Below the pieces are notes generated by a model, which was not told the DNA's origin, ran no database searches, and was given only the letters and a program-made list of their open reading frames with translations. From Chrysomallon squamiferum (taxonomy: Eukaryota > Animalia > Mollusca): a stretch of DNA of 39,764 nucleotides. Of this stretch, positions 1-10,235 are shown one piece after another (the stretch's first letter is position 1; each line of letters begins with the position of its first letter). The position numbers and the translations under genes were made by a program. The DNA is taken from NCBI GenBank assembly GCA_012295275.1, contig SMMR01000016.1:1-39764 (forward strand), read 5' to 3'.

Positions 1-21
1 GATTTTCAAAAATTGAAAATC
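1..21. other. Perfect 9-bp inverted repeat, one per monomer
   Basis: gattttcaa-aaa-ttgaaaatc. The arms are exact reverse complements, and the variant-B change (aaa>aag) lies in the loop. Confidence 0.9.
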
Positions 22-256
22 CGTGTGGCACTGTTCCGTGCGGTCGGGAAAAATATTTCAACGTGTGCAAAAGGTGCGCGCCGTCGGGGCGAGTGTGGCA
101 AAAACGTTTCCAACATTTACCAAAGGTGCTGCCCCTTTTGAAAATGCGTTTGAAAAAAAAACGAGCAAATTTTCAAAAATATGTGCGTTTTTTGTGCACG
201 TGTCGGAAACGAGTTGTTCCCCTTGGGTGGCGCGTGCGGCACTTTTCACCCGTGTA

Positions 257-271
257 GGGCAACCCTTGCCC
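257..271. other. 6-bp inverted repeat, one per monomer
   Basis: gggcaa-ccc-ttgccc. A local variant (ccc>cct) lies in the loop. Confidence 0.85.
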
Positions 272-330
272 CACTTTTTTGGGTATGTGCGCCCGATTTT
301 TCCCACGTGCTCAGAAAAAGTTATTGCACT

Positions 331-395
331 TTGAAAAAGGTACCCCTAGCATTTTCAACGAAACTTGAAAAAATTCGATTTTCAAAAATTGAAAA
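331..395. other. Cluster of five alternately oriented TTGAAAA/TTTTCAA motifs across the monomer junction
   Basis: ttgaaaa 331, ttttcaa 352, ttgaaaa 365, ttttcaa 379, ttgaaaa 389. A second cluster lies at 138, 150 and 170. Confidence 0.85.
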
Positions 396-3300
396 TCCGT
401 GTGGCACTGTTCCGTGCGGTCGGGAAAAATATTTCAACGTGTGCAAAAGGTGCGCGCCGTCGGGGCGAGGTGGCAAAAACGTTTCCAACATTTACCAAAG
501 GTGCTGCCCCTTTGAAAATGCGTTGAAAAAAAAAAACGAGCAAATTTTCAAAAATATGCGTTTTTGTGCACGTGTCGGAAACGAGTTGTTCCCCTTTGGT
601 GGCGCGGCGGCACTTTTCACCCGTGTAGGGCAACCCTTGCCCCTTTTTTGGCATATGTGCGCCCGATTTTTCCCACGTGCTCAGAAAAAGTTATTGCACT
701 TTGAAAAAGGTACCCCTAGCATTTTCAACGAAACTTGAAAAAATTCGATTTTCAAAAATTGAAAATCCGTGTGGCACTGTTCCGTGCGGTCGGGAAAAAT
801 ATTTCAACGTGTGCAAAAGGTGCGCGCCGTCGGGGCGAGTGTGGCAAAAACGTTTCCAACATTTACCAAAGGTGCTGCCCCTTTTGAAAATGCGTTTGAA
901 AAAAAAACGAGCAAATTCAAAAAAAATATGTGCGTTTTTGTGCACGTGTCGGAAACGAGTTGTTCCCCTTGGGTGGCGCGTGCGGCACTTTTCACCCGTG
1001 TAGGGCAACCCTTGCCCCACTTTTGGGTATGTGCGCCCGATTTTTCCCACGTGCTCAGAAAAAGTTATTGCACTTTGAAAAAGGTACCCCTAGCATTTTC
1101 AACGAAACTTGAAAAAATTCGATTTTCAAAAATTGAAAATCCGTGTGGCACTGTTCCGTGCGGTCGGGGAAAAATATTTCAACGTGTGCAAAAGGTGCGC
1201 GCCGTCGGGGCGAGGTGGCAAAAACGTTTCCAACATTTACCAAAGGTGCTGCCCCTTTGAAAATGCGTTTGAAAAAAAAAACGAGCAAATTTTCAAAAAA
1301 ATATGTGTTTTTTTTGTGCACGTGTCGGAAACGAGTTGTTCCCCTTTGGTGGCGCGTGCGGCACTTTTCACCCGTGTAGGGCAACCTTTGCCCCTTTTTT
1401 GGGTATGTGCGCCCGATTTTTCCCACGTGCTCAGAAAAAGTTATTGCACTTTGAAAAGGTACCCCTAGCATTTTCAACGAAACTTGAAAAAATCGATTTT
1501 CAAAAATTGAAAATCCGTGTGGCACTGTTCCGTGCGGTCGGGAAAAATATTTCAACGTGTGCAAAAGGTGCGCGCCGTCGGGGCGAGAGGTGGCAAAACG
1601 TTTCCAACATTTACCAAAGGTGCTGCCCCTTTGAAAATGCGTTTGAAAAAAAAAAAACGAGCAAATTTTCAAAAAATATGTGTTTTTTTGTGCACGTGTC
1701 GGAAACGAGTTGTTCCCCTTTGGGTGGCGCGTGCGGCACTTTTCACCCGTGGGCAACCCTTGCCCCCACTTTTTGGTATGTGCGCCCGATTTTCCCCCAC
1801 GTGCTCAGAAAAAGTTATTGCACTTTGAAAAGGTACCCCTAGCATTTTCAACGAAACTTGAAAAAATTCGATTTTCAAAAATTGAAAATCCGTGTGGCAC
1901 TGTTCCGTGCGGTCGGGAAAAATATTTCAACGTGTGCAAAAGGTGCGCGCCGTCGGGGCGAGTGTGGCAAAAACGTTTCCAACATTTTACCAAAGGTGCT
2001 GCCCCTTTGAAAATGCGTTTGAAAAAAAAAAAAAAAAAACGAGCAAATTTTCAAAAATATGTGTTTTTTTTTGTGCACGTGTCGGAAACGAGTTGTTCCC
2101 CTTTGGTGGCGCGTGCGGCACTTTTCACCGAGGGTAGGGCAACCCTTGCCCCACTTTTGGTATGTGCGCCCGATTTTTCCCACGTGCTCAGAAAAAGTTA
2201 TTGCACTTTTGAAAAAAAGGTACCCTAGCATTTTCAACGAAACTTTGAAAAATTCGATTTTCAAAAATTGAAAATCCGTGTGGCACTGTTCCGTGCGGTC
2301 GGGAAAAATATTTCAACGTGTGCAAAAGGTGCGCGCCGTCGGGCGCGAGTGTGGCAAAAAACGTTTCCAACATTTACCAAAGGTGCTGCCCCTTTGAAAA
2401 TGCGTTTGAAAAAAAAAAACGAGCAAATTTTCAAAAATATGTGCGTTTTTTGTGCACGTGTCGGAAACGAGTTGTTCCCCTTTGGGGTGGCGCGTGCGGC
2501 ACTTTTCACCCGTGTAGGGCAAACCCTTGCCCCACTTTTTGGTATGTGCGCCCGATTTTTTTCCCACGTGCTCAGAAAAAGTTATTGCACTTTGAAAAAG
2601 GTACCCCTAGCATTTTCAACGAAACTTGAAAAAATTCGATTTTCAAAAATTGAAAATCCGTGTGGCACTGTTCCGTGCGGTCGGGAAAAATATTTCAACG
2701 TGTGCAAAAAAGGTGCGCGCCGTCGGGGCGAGTGTGGCAAAAACGTTTCCAACATTTACCAAAGGTGCTGCCCCTTTGAAAATGCGTTTGAAAAAAAAAA
2801 AACGAGCAAATTTTCAAAAAAAATGTGTTTTTTTTGTGCACGTGTCGGAAACGAGTTGTTCCCCTTGGGTGGCGCGTGCGGCACTTTTCACCCGTAGGGT
2901 AGGGCAACCCTTGCCCCACTTTTTTTTGGTATGTGCGCCCGATTTTTCCCACGTGCTCAGAAAAAGTTATTGCACTTTGAAAAAAGGTACCCCTAGCATT
3001 TTCAACGAAACTTGAAAAATTCGATTTTCAAAAATTGAAAATCCGTGTGGCACTGTTCCGTGCGGTCGGGAAAAATATTTCAAACGTGCAAAAGGTGCGC
3101 GCCGTCGGGGCGAGTGTGGCAAAAACGTTTCCAACATTTACCAAAGGTGCTGCCCCTTTGAAAATGCGTTGAAAAAAAAAAAAAAACGAGCAAATTTTCA
3201 AAAAATATGTTTTTTTTTGTGCACGTGTCGGAAACGAGTTGTTTCCCCTTTGGTGGCGCGTGCGGCACTTTTCACCCGTGTAGGGCAACCCTTGCCCCAC

Positions 3301-6300
3301 TTTTGGTATGTGCGCCCGATTTTTCCCACGTGCTCAGAAAAAAAGTTATTGCACTTTGAAAAGGTACCCCTAGCATTTTCAACGAAACTTGAAAAAATCG
3401 ATTTTCAAAAATTGAAAATCCGTGTGGGCACTGTTCCGTGCGGGGAAAAATATTTCAACGTGTGCAAAAGGTGCGCGCCGTCGGGGCGAGTGTGGCAAAA
3501 ACGTTTCCAACATTTACCAAAGGTGCTGCCCCTTTGAAAATGCGTGAAAAAAAAAAAACGAGCAAATTTTCAAAAAATATGTGCGTTTTTGTGCACACGT
3601 GTCGGAAACGAGTTGTTCCCCCCTTTGGTGGCGCGTGCGGCACTTTTTCACCCGTGTAGGGCAACCCTTGCCCCACTTTTTTGGGTATGTGCGCCCGATT
3701 TTTCCCACGTGCTCAGAAAAAGTTATTGCACTTTGAAAAAGGTACCCCTAGCATTTTCAACGAAACTTGAAAAAATTCGATTTTCAAAAATTGAAAATCC
3801 GTGTGGCACTGTTCCGTGCGGTCGGGAAAAAAATATTTCAACGTGTGCAAAAGGTGCGCGCCGTCGGGGCGAGTAAAAAAAACGTTTCCAACATTTACCA
3901 AAGGTGCTGCCCCTTTGAAAATGCGTTTGAAAAAAAAAAAACGAGCAAATTTTCAAAAAAAATATGTGCGTTTTTTTGTGCACGTGTCGGAAACGAGTTG
4001 TTCCCCTTGGTGGCGCGTGCGGCACTTTTTTTCACCCGTGTAGGGCAAACCCTTGCCCCACTTTTGGTATGTGCGCCCGATTTTTCCCACGTGCTCAGAA
4101 AAAGTTATTGCACTTTGAAAAAGGTACCCCTAGCATTTTCAACGAAACTTGAAAAAATTCGATTTTCAAAAATTGAAAATCCGTGTGGCACTGTTCCGTG
4201 CGGTCGGGAAAAATATTTCAACGTGTGCAAAAGGTGCGCGCCGTCGGGGCGAGTGAAAAAAAAACGTTTCCAACATTTACCAAAGGTGCTGCCCCTTTGA
4301 AAATGCGTTTGAAAAAAAAAACGAGCAAATTTTCAAAAAAATATGTGCGTTTTTTTGTGCACGTGTCGGAAACGAGTTGTCCCCTTTGGTGGCGCGCGGC
4401 GGCACTTTTCACCCGTGTAGGGCAACCCTTGCCCCACTTTTGGGTATGTGCGCCTTTTTTTTCCCACGTGCTCAGAAAAAGTTATTGCACTTTGAAAAAG
4501 GTACCCCTAGCATTTTCAACGAAACTTGAAAAAATTCGATTTTCAAAAATTGAAAATCCGTGTGGCACTGTTCCGTGCGGTCGGGAAAAATATTTCAACG
4601 TGTGCAAAAGGTGCGCGCCGTCGGGGCGAGTGTGGCAAAAACGTTTCCAACATTTACCAAAGGTGCTGCCCTTTTGAAAATGAAAAAAAAAAAAAAAACG
4701 AGCAAATTTCAAAAAAAAATATGTGCGTTTTTTTGTGCACGTGTCGGAAACGAGTTGTTCCCCTTGGGTGGCGCGTGCGGCACTTTTCACCCGTGGGGGC
4801 AACCTTTGCCCCACTTTTTGGTATGTGCGCCCGATTTTTCCCACGTGCTCAGAAAAAGTTATTGCACTTGAAAAAAAGGTACCCCTAGCATTTTCAACGA
4901 AACTTGAAAAATTCGATTTTTCAAAAATTGAAAATCCGTGTGGCACTGTTCCGTGCGGTCGGGAAAAATATTTCAACGTGTGCAAAAGGTGCGCGCCGTC
5001 GGGGCGAGGTGGCAAAAACGTTTCCAACATTTACCAAAGGTGCTGCCCCTTTGAAAATGCGTTGAAAAAAAAAAAAACGAGCAAATTTCAAAAAAATATG
5101 TGCGTTTTTTGTGCACGTGTCGGAAACGAGTTGTTCCCTTTGGTGGCGCGTGCGGCACTTTTTTTCACCCGTGTAGGGCAACCCTTGCCCCACTTTTTTT
5201 GGTATGTGCGCCCGATTTTTCCCACGTGCTCAGAAAAAGTTATTGCACTTTGAAAAAGGTACCCCTAGCATTTTCAACGAAACTGAAAAAAAAAATTCGA
5301 TTTTCAAAAATTGAAAATCCGTGTGGCACTGTTCCGTGCGGTCGGAAAAAAATATTTCAACGTGTGCAAAAGGTGCGCGCCGTCGGGGCGAGAGTGGCAA
5401 AAACGTTTCCAACATTTTTACCAAAGTGTGCTGCCCCTTTGAAAATGCGTTTGAAAAAAAAAACGAGCAAATTTTCAAAAAAATATGTGCGTTTTTGTGC
5501 ACGTGTCGGAAACGAGTTGTTCCCCTTTGGTGGCGCGTGCGGCACTTTTTTTCACCCGTGTAGGGCAACCCTTGCCCCACTTTTGGGTATGTGCGCCCGA
5601 TTTTTCCCACGTGCTCAGAAAAAGTTATTGCACTTTGAAAAAAGGTACCCCTAGCATTTTCAACGAAACTTGAAAAAATCGATTTTCAAAAAAATTGAAA
5701 ATCCGTGTGGCACTGTTCCGTGCGGTCGGGAAAAATATTTCAACGTGTGCAAAAGGTGCGCGCCGTCGGGCGGGCGAGTGTGCAAAAACGTTTCCAACAT
5801 TTACCAAAGGTGCTGCCCCTTTGAAAATGCGTTTGAAAAAAAAAAAAAAAAACGAGCAAATTTTCAAAAAAAATATGTGTTTTTTTGTGCACGTGTCGGA
5901 AACGAGTTGTTCCCCTTGGGTGGCGCGTGCGGCACTTTTCACCCGTGTAGGGCAACCCTTGCCCCTTTTTTTGGTATGTGCGCCCGATTTTTCCCACGTG
6001 CTCAGAAAAAGTTATTGCACTTTGAAAAAAAAGGTACCCCTAGCATTTTCAACGAAACTTGAAAAAAATCTGATTTTCAAAAATTGAAAATCCGTGTGGC
6101 ACTGTTCCGTGCGGTCGGGAAAAATATTTCAACGTGTGCAAAAGGTGCGCGCCGTCGGGGCGAGTGGCAAAAACGTTTCCAACATTTACCAAAGGTGCTG
6201 CCCCTTTGAAAATGCGTTTGAAAAAAACGAGCAAATTTTCAAAAAAAAATATGTGCGTTTTTTTTGTGCACGTGTCGGAAACGAGTTGTTGTTCCCCTTG

Positions 6301-9300
6301 GTGGCGCGTGCGGCACTTTTCACCCGTGTAGGGGCAACCCTTGCCCCACTTTTTGGGTATGCGCCCGATTTTTCCCACGTGCTCAGAAAAAGTTATTGCA
6401 CTTTGAAAAAGGTACCCCTAGCATTTTCAACGAAACTTGAAAAAAAATTCGATTTTCAAAAATTGAAAATCCGTGTGGCACTGTTCCGTGCGGTCGGGGA
6501 AAAATATTTCAACGTGCAAAAGGTGCGCGCCGTCGGGCGAGGTGGCAAAAACGTTTCCAACATTTACCAAAGGTGCTGCCCCTTTTGAAAATGCGTTTGA
6601 AAAAAAAACGAGCAAATTTTCAAAAATATGTGCGTTTTTTGTGCACGTGTCGGAAACGAGTTGTTCCCCTTGGGTGGCGCGTGCGGCACTTTTCACCCGT
6701 GTAGGGCAACCCTTGCCCCACTTTTGGGTATGTGCGCCCGATTTTTCCCACGTGCTCAGAAAAAGTTATTGCACTTTGAAAAAGGTACCCCTAGCATTTT
6801 CAACGAAACTTGAAAAAATTCGATTTTCAAAAATTGAAAATCCGTGTGGCACTGTTCCGTGCGGTCGGGAAAAATATTTCAACGTGTGCAAAAGGTGCGC
6901 GCCGTCGGGGCGAGTGTGGCAAAAACGTTTCCAACATTTACCAAAGGTGCTGCCCCTTTTGAAAATGCGTTTGAAAAAAAAACGAGCAAATTTTCAAAAA
7001 TATGTGCGTTTTTTGTGCACGTGTCGGAAACGAGTTGTTCCCCTTGGGTGGCGCGTGCGGCACTTTTCACCCGTGTAGGGCAACCCTTGCCCCACTTTTT
7101 TTGGTATGTGCGCCCGATTTTTCCCCACGTGCTCAGAAAAAGTTATTGCACTTTGAAAAGGTACCCCTAGCATTTTCAACGAAACTTGAAAAAATTCGAT
7201 TTTCAAAAATTGAAAATCCGTGTGGCACTGTTCCGTGCGGTCGGGAAAAATATTTCAACAACGTGTGCAAAAAGGTGCGCGCCGTCGGGGCGAGGTGGCA
7301 AAAACGTTTCCAACATTTACCAAAGGTGCTGCCCCTTTTGAAAATGCGTTTGAAAAAAAAACGAGCAAATTTTCAAAAATATGTGCGTTTTTTGTGCACG
7401 TGTCGGAAACGAGTTGTTCCCCTTGGGTGGCGCGTGCGGCACTTTTCACCCGTGTAGGGCAACCCTTGCCCCACTTTTGGGTATGTGCGCCCGATTTTTC
7501 CCACGTGCTCAGAAAAAGTTATTGCACTTGAAAAAAAGGTACCCCTAGCATTTTCAACGAAACTTGAAAAAATTCGATTTTCAAAAATTGAAAATCCGTG
7601 TGGCACTGTTCCGTGCGGTCGGGAAAAATATTTCAACGTGCAAAAAAAGGTGCGCGCCGTCGGGGCGAGTGTGGCAAAACGTTTCCAACATTTACCAAAG
7701 GTGCTGCCCCTTTGAAAAAAAAAAAAAAAAAAACGAGCGAGCAATTTTTCAAAAAAAATATGCGTTTTTTTTTGTGCACGTGTCGGAAACGAGTTGTTCC
7801 CCTTGGTGGCGCGTGCGGCTTTTTTCACCCGTGTAGGGCAACCCTTGCCCCACTTTTTTGGGTATGTGCGCCCGATTTTTCCCACGTGCTCAGAAAAAGT
7901 TATTATTGCACTTGAAAAAAAGGTACCCCTAGCATTTTCAACGAAACTTGAAAAAATTCGATTTTCAAAAATTGAAAATCCGTGTGGCACTGTTCCGTGC
8001 GGTCGGAAAAAAATATTTCAACGTGCAAAAGGTGCGCGCCGTCGGGGCGAGTGTGGCAAAAACGTTTCCAACATTTACCAAAGGTGCTGCCCCTTTGAAA
8101 ATGCGTTTGAAAAAAAAAAAACGAGCAAATTTTCAAAATAAAATATGCGTTTTTGTGCACGTGTCGGAAACGAGTTGTTCCCCTTGGGTGGCGCGTGCGG
8201 CACTTTTCACCCGTGTAGGGCAACCCTTGCCCCACTTTTGGGTATGTGCGCCCGATTTTTCCCACGTGCTCAGAAAAAGTTATTGCACTTTGAAAAAAAG
8301 GTACCCCTAGCATTTTCAACGAAACTTGAAAAAATTCGATTTTCAAAAATTGAAAATCCGTGTGGCACTGTTCCGTGCGGTCGGGAAAAATATTTCAACG
8401 TGTGCAAAAGGTGCGCGCCGTCGGGGCGAGTGTGGCAAAAACGTTTCCAACATTTACCAAAGGTGCTGCCCCTTTTGAAAATGCGTTTGAAAAAAAAAAA
8501 ACGAGCAAATTTCAAAAATATGTGCGTTTTTGTGCACGTGTCGGAAACGAGTTGTTCCCTTTGGGTGGCGCGTGCGGCACTTTTCACCCGTGTAGGGCAA
8601 CCTTTGCCCCACTTTTTGGGTATGTGCGCCCGATTTTTCCCACGTGCTCAGAAAAAAAAGTTATTGCACTTTGAAAAGGTACCCCTAGCATTTTCAACGA
8701 AACTTGAAAAAATTCGATTTCAAAAAAATTGAAAATCCGTGTGGCACTGTTCCGTGCGGTCGGGAAAAATATTTCAACGTGTGCAAAAGGTGCGCGCCGT
8801 CGGGGCGAGTGTGGCAAAAACGTTTCCAACATTTACCAAAGGTGCTGCCCCTTTGAAAATGCGTTTGAAAAAAAAAAAACGAGCAAATTTCAAAAAAAAT
8901 ATGCGTTTTTTTTGTGCACGTGTCGGAAACGAGTTGTTCCCCTTTGGGTGGCGCGTGCGGCACTTTTCACCCGTGTAGGGGCAACCCTTTGCCCCACTTT
9001 TTTTGGGTATGTGCGCCCGATTTTTCCCACGTGCTCAGAAAAAGTTATTGCACTTTGAAAAGGTACCCCTAGCATTTTCAACGAAACTTGAAAAAATTCG
9101 ATTTTCAAAAATTGAAAATCCGTGTGGCACTGTTCCGTGCGGTCGGGAAAAATATTTCAACGTGTGCAAAAGGTGCGCGCCGTCGGGGCGAGTGTGGCAA
9201 AAACGTTTCCAACATTTACCAAAGGTGCTGCCCCTTTTGAAAATGCGTTTGAAAAAAAAACGAGCAAATTTTCAAAAATATGTGCGTTTTTTGTGCACGT

Positions 9301-10235
9301 GTCGGAAACGAGTTGTTCCCCTTGGGTGGCGCGTGCGGCACTTTTCACCCGTGTAGGGCAACCCTTGCCCCACTTTTGGGTATGTGCGCCCGATTTTTCC
9401 CACGTGCTCAGAAAAAGTTATTGCACTTTGAAAAAAAAGGTACCCCTAGCATTTTCAACGAAACTTGAAAAAATTCGATTTTCAAAAATTGAAAATCCGT
9501 GTGGCACTGTTCCGTGCGGTCGGGAAAAATATTTCAACAACGCAAAAAGGTGCGCGCCGTCGGGGCGAGTGTGGCAAAAACGTTTCCAACATTTACCAAA
9601 GGTGCTGCCCCTTTTGAAAATGCGTTTGAAAAAAAAAACGAGCAAATTTTCAAAAATATGTGCGTTTTTTGTGCACGTGTCGGAAACGAGTTGTTCCCTT
9701 TGGGTGGCTTGGTGGCGCGTGCGGCTTTTTTTTTTCACCCGTGTAGGGCAACCTTTGCCCCACTTTTGGGTATGTGCGCCCGATTTTTCCCACGTGCTCA
9801 GAAAAAGTTATTGCACTTTGAAAAAGGTACCCCTAGCATTTTCAACGAAACTTGAAAAAATTCGATTTTCAAAAATTGAAAATCCGTGTGGCACTGTTCC
9901 GTGCGGTCGGGAAAAATATTTCAACGTGTGCAAAAGGTGCGCGCGCCGGGCGAGTGTGGCAAAAACGTTTCCAACATTTACCAAAGGTGCTGCCCCTTTG
10001 AAAATGAAAAAAAAAAAAACGAGCAAATTTCAAAAAAAATATGTGCGTTTTTGTGCACGTGTCGGAAACGAGTTGTTCCCCTTGGGTGGCGCGTGCGGCA
10101 CTTTTTTCACCCGTGTAGGGCAACCTTTGCCCCACTTTTGGGTATGTGCGCCCGATTTTTCCCACGTGCTCAGAAAAAGTTATTGCACTTTGAAAAAAGG
10201 TACCCCTAGCATTTTCAACGAAACTTGAAAAATTC

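Larger units (their letters stand above)
43..418 (+). repeat. Degenerate internal subrepeat: one monomer = about 7 x ~53-bp subunits (shown for the first copy)
   Basis: Subunits start near 43, 95, 148, 202, 254, 309 and 362. 43-77 gtcgggaaaaatatttc-aacgtgtgcaaaaggtgc aligns to 95-129 gtggcaaaaacgtttccaacatttaccaaaggtgc. 180-223 tatgtgcg..cacgtgtcggaaacgagttgttcccctt aligns to 284-331 tatgtgcg..cacgtgctcagaaaaagttattgcactt. Alignment by eye only. Confidence 0.65.
1..10235. repeat. Satellite variant-A domain (monomers 1-27)
   Basis: Apart from indel noise, monomers share caaaaAttg, cactGttcc, gtGCggtc, ttcAacg, caaaaAcg, gctgcCcc, aaaTatg, ggCgcg, ttttCacc, gtgtAggg and ctcAgaa. Confidence 0.9.

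Noticed and set aside
1-376. Tandem 5S rRNA, tRNA, snRNA or spliced-leader gene unit
   Set aside because: I recognised no conserved sequence or cloverleaf, and frequent T4+ runs on both strands would terminate Pol III. An Rfam cmscan would settle it.
1-376. Monomer as a simple dimer of two ~187-bp halves
   Set aside because: The TTGAAAA clusters are about half a monomer apart, but the halves do not align continuously. Offsets of ~53 and ~106 bp fit better.
9700-9740. Small local duplications (gggtggcttggtggc ~9702; aaattttcaaattttc ~12673; cgtagggtaggg ~2893)
   Set aside because: Singletons inside indel-rich monomers, most likely consensus or alignment errors.
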